A DNA stretch of 64,000 nucleotides from an uncultured Bdellovibrionales bacterium (GTDB taxonomy: Bacteria > Patescibacteriota > Minisyncoccia > Moranbacterales > UBA1568). The notes under the pieces were generated by a model, which had not been told where the DNA came from, did no database searches, and saw only the letters and a program-made list of their open reading frames with translations. Positions 18,726-27,146 of this stretch are shown piece after piece. Made by a program: the position numbers and the translations under genes. Positions within the stretch are counted from its first letter, which is position 1; every line of letters begins with the position of its first letter. The stretch spans positions 4,294 to 68,293 of the forward strand of contig CAZATJ010000003.1 in assembly GCA_964488025.1 (NCBI GenBank), given 5' to 3'.

Positions 18726-20363
18726 CTATCTTTTTTTCTTGCACGCTTCAAGGAAGGCGACGAAGAGCGGGTGCGGATGAAGCAGAGAAGATTGGAACTC
18801 CGGGTGGAACTGCGTAGCCAGAAAGAAAGGGTGCTGTTCTTTTGGAAGTTCGGCGATTTCCATCAGGATACCATCAGGAGAAGTCGCCGAAAAAATCATC
18901 CCAGCCTCCCTGAGCCGTTCGACATACTCAGGGTTTACTTCGTATCGATGGCGATGGCGCTCTAGGATATTTGTTATCCCATAGGCTTTGGCGGCCAGTG
19001 TTTTCGGTACGATTCTTGCCGCATAATGACCGAGACGCATAGTAGCACCGTAATTCTTCTTTCGAAGATTCTCTTTCTGCTCCGGCATGATATCGACTAC
19101 CGGATAAGGGGTCTTCTGATTAACTTCAGTGGTATGGGCCTCGGTCAGCCCGACGACATGACGGGCGTATTCGATAACGGCCAGCTGCATTCCATAGCAT
19201 AGTCCGAAATAAGGAATCTTATTTTTACGACAAAATTCTATAGCATTAATTTTCCCCTCTATTCCACGGCTACCGAACCCGCCTGGGATCAGGATGCCGT
19301 CGTATTTTTTCAGTATTTTCAAATGTTTGGCACTCCCTTCGAAATCCGTACTGTCAATCCAGGTGAGTTCCGCCCTACGCCCCACCGCGCAGGCTGCGGC
19401 TTTCAGCGCTTCGATAACGCTGATGTAAGCATCAGAAAGAACAAAATCCCCCGTTTTGAAGTATTTTCCGACAATACCGATCTTCACCGTTTTCTTGGCT
19501 GCCCTGATTCGGCGGACTTGTTTCTCCCAAGATCCCAATCCTATGGCTTTTTTCGTCTTGAGACTGAGTTTTTGGAGAAGAATATCACCCAAATGATCCT
19601 TTTCAAAATTCACCGGAACATCGTAAATGCTCTCTACGTCCGGAGCGCTGATGACATCTTCTCGGTGAACATTGCAGAAAACAGCAATCTTTTCCTTGCG
19701 TTTCTCATCGAGCGGCCGATCAGCTCGAGCAATGATGATATCTGGCTGAATACCTGTCCCGTTGAGCGTGCGCACGGCATGCTGGGTCGGTTTGGTCTTC
19801 ATTTCTCCGACTTTGGAGGGTGTGGGGATATAGCTCACGATAGCCGTGATGACATCTTCCGGATTTTCGATCTTGAGCATGCGGATAGCTTCCAAAAAAA
19901 GAATATTTTCATATTCCCCGACGGTGCCCCCGATTTCGATGATAGCGATATCGGCATCGGCCCGAAGAACAGCTCGTTTGATCCGACTGATTACTTCCAA
20001 CGGAATATGAGGCACCACCTGGACACAGCGACCCGCATATTCGAGATTGCGTTCCTTTTCAATGACCGTCTTATAGACCAGTCCGGTCGTCATATAATTA
20101 TCCCGGGTGAGTTCAATATTCAGGAATCGCTCATAATTTCCCATGTCCTGGTCGGTCTCATAGCCGTCTTTCAGAACGAACACCTCTCCATGCTCTGTTG
20201 GGTTCATGGTTCCGGCATCAACATTGATATAGGGATCGATCTTGAGGGCCGTGACTTTGAAACCTCTCGACTGCAGAATTTTTCCAATTGACGAAGTGGC
20301 AATACCCTTACCAACACCGCTCATCACCCCACCAACCACAAAAATATATTTTGTCTGCCTCAT
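18726..20363 (-). CDS. pyrG: CTP synthase
   Basis: It has KYIFVVGGVMSGVGKG and a glutamine amidotransferase C-domain (GLCYGMQ). Confidence 0.9.
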   Translation of the reverse strand: MRQTKYIFVVGGVMSGVGKGIATSSIGKILQSRGFKVTALKIDPYINVDAGTMNPTEHGEVFVLKDGYETDQDMGNYERFLNIELTRDNYMTTGLVYKTVIEKERNLEYAGRCVQVVPHIPLEVISRIKRAVLRADADIAIIEIGGTVGEYENILFLEAIRMLKIENPEDVITAIVSYIPTPSKVGEMKTKPTQHAVRTLNGTGIQPDIIIARADRPLDEKRKEKIAVFCNVHREDVISAPDVESIYDVPVNFEKDHLGDILLQKLSLKTKKAIGLGSWEKQVRRIRAAKKTVKIGIVGKYFKTGDFVLSDAYISVIEALKAAACAVGRRAELTWIDSTDFEGSAKHLKILKKYDGILIPGGFGSRGIEGKINAIEFCRKNKIPYFGLCYGMQLAVIEYARHVVGLTEAHTTEVNQKTPYPVVDIMPEQKENLRKKNYGATMRLGHYAARIVPKTLAAKAYGITNILERHRHRYEVNPEYVERLREAGMIFSATSPDGILMEIAELPKEQHPFFLATQFHPEFQSSLLHPHPLFVAFLEACKKKR

Positions 20364-20406
20364 TTTTTGTTTCGTCATAACTTCATCAATAGATGGTTTA
20401 CAGAGA

Positions 20407-20445
20407 AAGAGCCGCTACCAGTGGTGATTGGAGGGCGGCTCTTTG
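20407..20445 (-). terminator. Rho-independent terminator after rplI
   Basis: A gagccgc...gcggctc hairpin, followed on the minus strand by TTTCTCTGT. Confidence 0.45.
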
Positions 20446-20464
20446 AAAGTTACTCGTCTTCGAA

Positions 20465-20905
20465 CTATTCCGCTTCTATCACAAGCTCGAAAGAAGCCTT
20501 CACGCCATGACCGAAGTCAGCCAAAAGGGGAAATGTTCCCACTTCTTTGAACGCTTTTTCAAGCACGAGCACATGCTTATCCACCTTGATTCCCAGAGCT
20601 TCTAGGGCAGCGACGACTTCTTCACGTCCCACAGAACCGAAAAGTTTTCCCTTTTCAGACTTGCTTTTGATTACCACTTTCTTGCCGGAAAGTGCTGTCG
20701 CTGTCGCGCGACTTTCTTCAACAGCCTGCGTCGCTTCCTCCTTGTGTTTCGCTACGAACCGTTCCGCCTGTTTCAGCGCACCTGGCGTCGCCAAATCAGC
20801 CAATCCCTCCGGGAGGAGATAATTAAATCCGTACCCATCCTTCACTTCCTTGATGTCCAGAGCTTTTCCCAGACCCCTCACATCTTCCAAAAGAATCACT
20901 TTCAT
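20465..20905 (-). CDS. rplI: 50S ribosomal protein L9
   Basis: It starts MKVILLEDVRGLGKALDIKEVKDGYGFNYLLP. Confidence 0.88.
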   Translation of the reverse strand: MKVILLEDVRGLGKALDIKEVKDGYGFNYLLPEGLADLATPGALKQAERFVAKHKEEATQAVEESRATATALSGKKVVIKSKSEKGKLFGSVGREEVVAALEALGIKVDKHVLVLEKAFKEVGTFPLLADFGHGVKASFELVIEAE

Positions 20906-21078
20906 ATCTCGCACATATACCTATTACTCATGCGAGTGTAGCCCATTCGCAGTTTTTTGGCAAGCGACAGCTTGAGCGATATTTTTTTAAAAAAATGATC
21001 TGAAAATATCCAACATTGATTGTTCGGGAGTCATTTTTTGTGTTATAATAATAATGAAAATTCAGAATAAAATTAAAA

Positions 21079-22965
21079 ATGCTCCCCATAAAAAACTATC
21101 AGGGTTTATTAGTCTTCGAAAGAAAGGATAAGGTGCATCTTTTTTGGCGTTCGACCGAAAAATCCGTTCCCGGTATTTTTTCCGTGGAAAGCAACGATGG
21201 TAAGAAGTTCAAAAAACACGCTTCTTTCACGGCCCTCTTCCGTGCCGATGGCACCAAAACAATTCTCGGCAATGCTCCAGCTCTCCGCGCCAGTACTCTC
21301 GGTACCAAAACAGTTCTTTTTTTTATCGACAACAACAATCAGGGAGTCCTCGCCACCATACGACGAGGCGATTCATGGGATATCGCGGCTGAAATACCCC
21401 TGTTCCGCAGCCCGACTGTTTTCGTCAAGCTCCCAGCTAAGGCTGGGAAAAAGCCTGTTGTTATCGCTTTTTCTGCCCGTAACAGCAAGACAATCTTTCA
21501 GGCTCATGCTTCCGACATACTGAAACATTTCCGAGATGTCGGAGATGTCCTCGAAGCGAAACGGGGCGCCTTCGATACTTCCACCCTCCTTCCGCTCTCT
21601 GCCGAAGTCATTCCTCAGGGGATACTACTTGTTTATTCAGCCAAAAATCCAGCTGGAAAATTAACAGTCGGAGCCGCTCTTTTTGATCGGGAGCATCCCA
21701 AAAAACTTCTCTGGCGGAGCGAAAGAGCTCTTTGGGAGGCGCCAGTGAAAACATCATCGGATACTACTGTACTCGGCGGCGTTTCCATCGGAAAATACTT
21801 TTTCATCTACATTCAGTCTCGAGGGAAACCCATCGAATGTTTCCCTATCGCCCGTTACTGGGAAACGATTGCCAAAAATGAGCCAAATAAGCTCGTACTG
21901 CCCCGACGCAAGAAGGGTATACGCATACCACTCGAGCGCTCCCTGGCAAATCCGGTTCTGGAACCCATCACTAAAAATTCCTGGGAGGCGTTCGCCACGT
22001 TCAATCCGGCCGCCCTATGCCTCGATGATCGGGTACACCTTCTCTATCGTGCCCAAGGGTATGATGGACTTTCTGTCCTGGGGTATGCTTCGAGCTCCGA
22101 TGGCATCCACATCGATGAGAGGCACAGTCATCCAGCATTTATTTCTTCCCGCCCCTTCGACATCAAAGAATCCACAGCCCGTAAGAGCGCTCATCCTTAT
22201 GTTTCCGGAGGCGGTACTAGCGGCTGTGAAGATCCTCGCCTCGTAGCGATTGACGGCTCCATATATCTCATCTATATCGCCTTTGACGGAAACAACCCAC
22301 CCGGTGTCGCCCTCTCCTATATCTCGAAAGCGAACTTTCTCGCAAAACACTGGAAATGGTCTCAACCAAGACTCATTTCACAACCCCGGCAAATTCAAAA
22401 AAACTGGGTATTGTTCCCAGAAAAAATAAACGGCAAGTATGCCATACTTCACGGCTTGAGCCCGAAAATACGAATCGAATACGTCGATGATCCGAAAAAA
22501 CTCGGTCATGGAAATCATGTCGAAAGCCTCTCTTCCCACGGTGGAGGCGGCTATATCGAATCAAAACGCCTCAATGCCTGGGATAACATTGTCCGAGGTG
22601 TCGGGGCTCCACCGCTCAAAACAAAGTATGGCTGGCTTATCTTCTATCACGGCATGGATATGCGTGATCCGGGAAAATACAAGGTCGGCGCCATGCTTCT
22701 TGACCTTGAACACCCGGAAAACATTCTCTACCGCGCCGTAGAGCCGGTACTCGAACCGGAAACGGATTATGAAAACAACGGACATAAACGGGGCGTCATC
22801 TATGTCTGCGGCGCCGTAATCAAAGGGAAGAAACTTCTCGTCTACTATGGTGCCGCCGATCGCACCTCAGCTGTCGCTTCGTCCGATCTTGAGACGTTCT
22901 TGCAAGACCTCCTCAAAAACAAAACACCCGTTCTCCAAAAAATGAACGTCACCAAGAAATCTTAA
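21079..22965 (+). CDS. Two-domain protein with a divergent N-terminal domain and a C-terminal GH130-family (PF04041-like) beta-propeller domain
   Basis: The C-domain has NPVLEPI..WEA.ATFNPAAL..D.RVHLLYRA, GCEDPRLV and YYGAAD. These are hallmarks of glycoside hydrolase family 130 / mannoside phosphorylase-like proteins. Confidence 0.65.
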   Translation: MLPIKNYQGLLVFERKDKVHLFWRSTEKSVPGIFSVESNDGKKFKKHASFTALFRADGTKTILGNAPALRASTLGTKTVLFFIDNNNQGVLATIRRGDSWDIAAEIPLFRSPTVFVKLPAKAGKKPVVIAFSARNSKTIFQAHASDILKHFRDVGDVLEAKRGAFDTSTLLPLSAEVIPQGILLVYSAKNPAGKLTVGAALFDREHPKKLLWRSERALWEAPVKTSSDTTVLGGVSIGKYFFIYIQSRGKPIECFPIARYWETIAKNEPNKLVLPRRKKGIRIPLERSLANPVLEPITKNSWEAFATFNPAALCLDDRVHLLYRAQGYDGLSVLGYASSSDGIHIDERHSHPAFISSRPFDIKESTARKSAHPYVSGGGTSGCEDPRLVAIDGSIYLIYIAFDGNNPPGVALSYISKANFLAKHWKWSQPRLISQPRQIQKNWVLFPEKINGKYAILHGLSPKIRIEYVDDPKKLGHGNHVESLSSHGGGGYIESKRLNAWDNIVRGVGAPPLKTKYGWLIFYHGMDMRDPGKYKVGAMLLDLEHPENILYRAVEPVLEPETDYENNGHKRGVIYVCGAVIKGKKLLVYYGAADRTSAVASSDLETFLQDLLKNKTPVLQKMNVTKKS

Positions 22966-22975
22966 TCATCACCCT

Positions 22976-24901
22976 ATGTCTTTTTTCAAGCGATCATTCG
23001 AAAATCCGATACTCGTCCCTCAGAGTGACCTGCCCTGGGAACTTGATGGCGCCTTTAATGGCTGTCCTATCCGCGAAAAAGGCAAGACTCGACTCTTTTA
23101 TCGAGCCCAATCCCTGCCGCTGCTTCATGAGGATGGTCCATGGCTTTCCATCTCTTCTATCGGTCAAACAGAAAGCCAAGACGGTATCCATTTCAAGCAG
23201 CACCGACCCTTTATCGAGCCAGAACTGCCGTGGGAACGTTTCGGGTGCGAAGATCCGCGCATTACCAAGTGCGACGGTAAATACTACCTTTTCTACACGG
23301 CACTTTCTGAATTTCCTTTCCGTGCCGAAGGTATTTCCGTGGGTCTCGCCATCACTAAAGACTTCAAACGCGTAGAAAAACATCACATCACACCTTTCAA
23401 TGCTAAGGCCATGACACTTTTCCCTGAACGCATCAATGGAAAACTCTGGGCCATCCTTTCTGCCAACACTGACCGACCGCCCTCCACGATCGCACTCGCA
23501 TCGTTCGATCAAGAATCCGATCTCTGGGATACGGAACGTTGGCATACCTGGTATAAAAATCTTGAAAAACACGGTCTCGAACTGAGCCGAAACGATGAAG
23601 ATCACGTCGAAATCGGGGCACCGCCTATCAAAACAAAAGAAGGCTGGCTCCTGCTCTATTCCTATATTCAGAAATACCACTCGCCGAATCCCATTTTTAC
23701 CGTCGAGGCGATATTGCTCGCGCTCGATAATCCGAAAAAAATCATCGCTCGCACCAGTGCTCCACTTCTCGTTCCGGAGGAAGAATACGAATACTATGGC
23801 AAAGTAAAAGATATCGTGTTTCCGAGTGGCGCGGTCGTCCGCGGCGACACTATCTTTCTCTACTACGGCGCAGCTGATACTACCACATGCGTGGCAACAG
23901 GCAGCCTGAAAAAACTCCTCGAATCTATGCTGGAGAAGAAGGACCAGCGCCCCACCTTCAGCCGTTATCGAAAAAACCCCATTCTCGAACCTATTGCAAA
24001 ACACGATTGGGAAGCCAAAGGGGTCTTTAATCCTGCTGCCGTCGATGTCGACGGAAAAGTTCATATCCTGTATCGCGCCGTTTCAGAAGATGATACCTCG
24101 GTGTTCGGTTATGCCGAAAGCAAGAATGGTTTCAAAATTTCAAAACGACTCCCGGATCCGGTCTATATGCCACGAGCTCCCTTCGAACAGAAACAGGCTC
24201 CGGGAAATTCCGGGGTCGAAGATCCCCGACTGACCCGTTTCGGTGACACCTACTACATGCTCTATACGGCCGTCGATGCAGTCACACCTCCACGGGTAGC
24301 CCTCACGACTATTTCGGCTAATGATTTTCTGGCTGGACAGTTTAATGCGTTTAGTCCGCCAGTGCTCATCTCCCAACCCAATATTGATGATAAAGACGCC
24401 TGCCTTTTCCCTGAAAAAATCGGTGGGAAATATGTCATTCTCCACCGTATCCAACCCGCTATCGATATCAATTTCCTTGATAGTCTCGATTATCTCGATG
24501 GACAAACCGAATTTCTGACTCATCAGCCTTTCATTTTCCCGCGTCGCGGGATGTGGGACAGTCGAAAAATAGGTATCAACACTATCCCTCTGCGAACTGC
24601 CAAAGGCTGGCTTATCCTGTACCACGGCGTTTCAGAATACGACGGCCACTATCGTATCGGGGCCCTCCTTCTTGATTTGGAACACCCGGAACGGGTCATT
24701 GGCCGTAGCCGTTATCCCATTTTCAGCCCCGAAACGGATTATGAACGTGTCGGCGTCGTACCCAATGTCGTTTTTCCTTGCGGCGCCATCGTACGAAAAA
24801 GAAAGCTCATCACCTATTACGGCGGAGCTGATCGCGTCATCGGTGTTGCCAGCATTGATTTACCAAAACTCTTGAAGACACTGCTTGCTGACGGAGTATA
24901 G
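22976..24901 (+). CDS. Protein with two tandem GH130-family domains, paralogous to the upstream gene
   Basis: Both halves carry NPIL.P...WE...FN, GCEDPRIT / GVEDPRLT and YYG(A/G)AD. Confidence 0.65.
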   Translation: MSFFKRSFENPILVPQSDLPWELDGAFNGCPIREKGKTRLFYRAQSLPLLHEDGPWLSISSIGQTESQDGIHFKQHRPFIEPELPWERFGCEDPRITKCDGKYYLFYTALSEFPFRAEGISVGLAITKDFKRVEKHHITPFNAKAMTLFPERINGKLWAILSANTDRPPSTIALASFDQESDLWDTERWHTWYKNLEKHGLELSRNDEDHVEIGAPPIKTKEGWLLLYSYIQKYHSPNPIFTVEAILLALDNPKKIIARTSAPLLVPEEEYEYYGKVKDIVFPSGAVVRGDTIFLYYGAADTTTCVATGSLKKLLESMLEKKDQRPTFSRYRKNPILEPIAKHDWEAKGVFNPAAVDVDGKVHILYRAVSEDDTSVFGYAESKNGFKISKRLPDPVYMPRAPFEQKQAPGNSGVEDPRLTRFGDTYYMLYTAVDAVTPPRVALTTISANDFLAGQFNAFSPPVLISQPNIDDKDACLFPEKIGGKYVILHRIQPAIDINFLDSLDYLDGQTEFLTHQPFIFPRRGMWDSRKIGINTIPLRTAKGWLILYHGVSEYDGHYRIGALLLDLEHPERVIGRSRYPIFSPETDYERVGVVPNVVFPCGAIVRKRKLITYYGGADRVIGVASIDLPKLLKTLLADGV

Positions 24902-24916
24902 AAAAGACTAAAACAG

Positions 24917-24950
24917 TAAAAGAGGCCCCACTTCAAGGGACCTCTTTTTT
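24917..24950 (+). terminator. Rho-independent terminator after the GH130 pair
   Basis: agaggcccc...gggacctct hairpin followed by tttttt. Confidence 0.55.
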
Positions 24951-25046
24951 GGTGGACCACATCCTACTCAGTTGGAACTGTATTATAGCAGAACTCTCGG
25001 CTTGGCAGGAACTCGGCATGGCTATTGAGCAGGCTCAGCCAACGCA
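24951..25046. repeat. Repeat R1 (~95 bp), copy 1 of 2
   Basis: It is about 78-80% identical to 25991-26087 by hand alignment. It lies immediately 3' of the minus-strand gene 25047-25508. Confidence 0.7.
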
Positions 25047-25508
25047 TTAAACTAAAGATAGGTCGCCACTGATGATCTGAGGATGCATTCCAAGAATCTC
25101 TTGTTTGTAGGACAGCTCAGACGATACTGGATTTAAAATATAGATCTTCTTCTTCAAATAGAAAGCGACTCCGATTTCAATCAAAGTATTACCACCGACA
25201 TAACCGTTAATACCTCTTTTTTCGTGGTTGACGACCAAAATTCCATCACACCAGTCAATTTTTTCATAATGATCATTAATAGCCCCTTCTTTCATATTCC
25301 AAATCTTGTGTCCTACTGGAAACGCATCAATACCACCATTCTGTTCAATGTATTGACCGAAATAAACTTTCTTGCCACCCCCAAATTCTTTCGGTACTTC
25401 GAGAGCAAGTTCTGGAATTTTGACTTCGTGACCTTGTTTTACTAGTTCGTCTCTAGCTGATTCCATTTCTTTATAAAATCCAATGCTACCGCAAATTGTT
25501 ATTTTCAT
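25047..25508 (-). CDS. Nucleoside 2-deoxyribosyltransferase-like (Rossmann-like) protein
   Basis: It starts MKITICGSI and later reads DGILVV...GGNTLIEIGVAFYLKKKIYIL. This matches the pattern of the NDT/DNPH1-like fold. The family assignment is tentative. Confidence 0.45.
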   Translation of the reverse strand: MKITICGSIGFYKEMESARDELVKQGHEVKIPELALEVPKEFGGGKKVYFGQYIEQNGGIDAFPVGHKIWNMKEGAINDHYEKIDWCDGILVVNHEKRGINGYVGGNTLIEIGVAFYLKKKIYILNPVSSELSYKQEILGMHPQIISGDLSLV

Positions 25509-25510
25509 AA

Positions 25511-25972
25511 TTAAATAATTTTAAGTTCTTTCAACCACTCATACCAAACCGGCTCAAGCCCAGGCGATTTCTCCCAATCATCGTGGCTGATATCTCCACG
25601 AACATACTCCTCAGTTTTGACTGCGAGTAGTAATAAATCATCTTTTTTACAAAAAATCGCCTGCTTTGTTTCGTCATTACTTCTTTTTACCTCGCCAAAG
25701 ACTTCAATCTGATAGATTTTCCAATAGTGCCAACTTCCACCTTCGCGCCTACAAATGTTTTCTTTTCGTCCCTCAGTTAAAAGTTTTATATTCTGTGCCT
25801 CCAGTCCGACCTCCTCCTCTAACTCTCTTTTTGCTGATTCTTCAAAAGAATTATCTCCATCAATATGGCCAGCTGGTGGCGCAAAACCAAATGGCGGTTT
25901 TTTCCTTTCTATAAGCAATAAACTACCCTCTCTCCAAACTAACATTCCTACACTGGTATGATCACATTTCAT
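25511..25972 (-). CDS. NUDIX hydrolase
   Basis: The Nudix box is GHIDGDNSFEESAKRELEEEVGL. Confidence 0.8.
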   Translation of the reverse strand: MKCDHTSVGMLVWREGSLLLIERKKPPFGFAPPAGHIDGDNSFEESAKRELEEEVGLEAQNIKLLTEGRKENICRREGGSWHYWKIYQIEVFGEVKRSNDETKQAIFCKKDDLLLLAVKTEEYVRGDISHDDWEKSPGLEPVWYEWLKELKII

Positions 25973-25990
25973 AAGGAGACTTGATAATTT

Positions 25991-26087
25991 TGTGGACTAC
26001 CTCCTACTCAATTGGAACTCTATCATAGCAGAACTGCGGGATTGGCAGGAATTGGGGATGGCTATAGAACAGGCTCGGGCAGGGTAG
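25991..26087. repeat. Repeat R2 (~95 bp), copy 2 of 2
   Basis: It is an imperfect direct repeat of R1. It lies immediately 3' of the minus-strand gene 26110-26916. Confidence 0.7.
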
Positions 26088-26109
26088 CTTTCCTACTTCC
26101 TCTACCATT

Positions 26110-26916
26110 TCAAACTCCTTTTTCATCATCAGTTTTTAGGTCCTCCTTAGCCTCCTCAACATAGTCTGCCAATTTCTTTTTCCATTTCTGTCTTGCTAAA
26201 TCATACTGAGATGGTAGATAACTTTGGTTGCTATCTTTCCTTTGTTCCGGTCGATCTAAATACACACGACGATTCTGAGTATCAAGATAGATATCGGTAT
26301 CCCCTTTCAATATTCTTGTGTTCGGTCCGGCGAGCACTACGGGTTCGAATCCTAAAACTTTTTGACAAATTTCACTGAGAAGTTTAACGGATTCCTTATA
26401 CTTTTTAAACCAAATATCTTGGCCACCAAAAATGACTGCATCGATAGAATTGTCAGCAGAAAGCTCTTTGAGTTCATTTATTCGTTTAGATAAATCTCTC
26501 CGGAACCGATCTTGATATTTACCAGAAATGGCTTTAGGATCTTGATGGCTTAAAAAAGAGATTTGTTTCTCTGTATCTCTCTGTGTTCCCACTAATATTA
26601 CACCCGTACAGTCAATGTAGTTCTGCGAAAATTTATCTTTATCATCACAACCTGAAATGATATAGGTCTTTTTATCTGGACTCACCATTGTGTCTCTGGA
26701 GCTTTCTGGAAGCCAAAAGAAATCTACGTTCTCCCCTCGATTCATGATACGCAGCATTGCTTCTGTGGATTGACTATCTCTATCGTAAGAATCAACAATA
26801 GAAGCCATAATAGGTCGAACACCCTCGGCAAGATGTTCATTGTGGAGAGGGTTTATTTCTTTTGCTTTTTCTCCTTCTGGTTTCTTTTTCCCTGCTTCAG
26901 AAAAGACTTCAAACAT
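26110..26916 (-). CDS. Hypothetical protein (268 aa), no recognisable family
   Basis: It is a long ORF that fills the interval. No motifs were recognised. Confidence 0.4.
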   Translation of the reverse strand: MFEVFSEAGKKKPEGEKAKEINPLHNEHLAEGVRPIMASIVDSYDRDSQSTEAMLRIMNRGENVDFFWLPESSRDTMVSPDKKTYIISGCDDKDKFSQNYIDCTGVILVGTQRDTEKQISFLSHQDPKAISGKYQDRFRRDLSKRINELKELSADNSIDAVIFGGQDIWFKKYKESVKLLSEICQKVLGFEPVVLAGPNTRILKGDTDIYLDTQNRRVYLDRPEQRKDSNQSYLPSQYDLARQKWKKKLADYVEEAKEDLKTDDEKGV

Positions 26917-26940
26917 AATAAATTTGATATATTACTTTTG

Positions 26941-26972
26941 TGGACCTGGGGAGAATCGAACTCCCGACTCAG
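26941..26972 (-). pseudogene. tRNA 3'-half-like fragment (T-arm plus acceptor 3' strand)
   Basis: The minus strand reads CTGAGTC-GGGAG-TTCGATT-CTCCC-CAGGTCC-A. It is complementary to the 5' half at 27105-27138. Confidence 0.5.
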
Positions 26973-27002
26973 TCCCGCACCTTTGGATCTTTATAAAATT
27001 TG

Positions 27003-27073
27003 TGGACTTACCGGGAATCGAACCCGGAACTCAGCAATGCGAATGCTGCGTGATACCATTTTACTATAAGCCC
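27003..27073 (-). tRNA. tRNA-Ala (anticodon CGC), 71 nt, CCA not encoded
   Basis: Folded by hand. The acceptor GGGCTTA/TAAGTCC includes a G3:U70 pair. The anticodon stem is CAGCA/TGCTG with loop TTCGCAT. The T-arm is CCGGG-TTCGATT-CCCGG. Confidence 0.8.
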
Positions 27074-27104
27074 AAATACAGACCGAAGATTCAAAGGTGC
27101 GGGA

Positions 27105-27138
27105 CGAATGCTGCGTAATACCACTTTACTACAGGCCC
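27105..27138 (-). pseudogene. tRNA 5'-half-like fragment (acceptor 5' strand, D-arm and anticodon 5' stem)
   Basis: The minus strand reads GGGCCTG-TA-GTAA-AGTGGTA-TTAC-G-CAGCA-TTCG. It pairs with the 3' fragment at 26941-26972, including a G3:U70 pair. Confidence 0.5.
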
Positions 27139-27146
27139 TCAAAAAA

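Noticed and set aside
19323-20291. A 322-aa plus-strand ORF within pyrG.
   Set aside because: It is antisense to the CTP synthase gene and is a shadow ORF.
22994-24064. A 356-aa minus-strand ORF within the second GH130 gene.
   Set aside because: It is antisense to a gene with clear family motifs.
24951-26087. Whether repeats R1 and R2 are themselves tRNA genes, since they end in GTCCACAAA like the tRNA 3' ends.
   Set aside because: A hand fold shows no T-arm stem around the TTCCAAT segment and no acceptor complementarity. Only the terminal octamer is tRNA-like.
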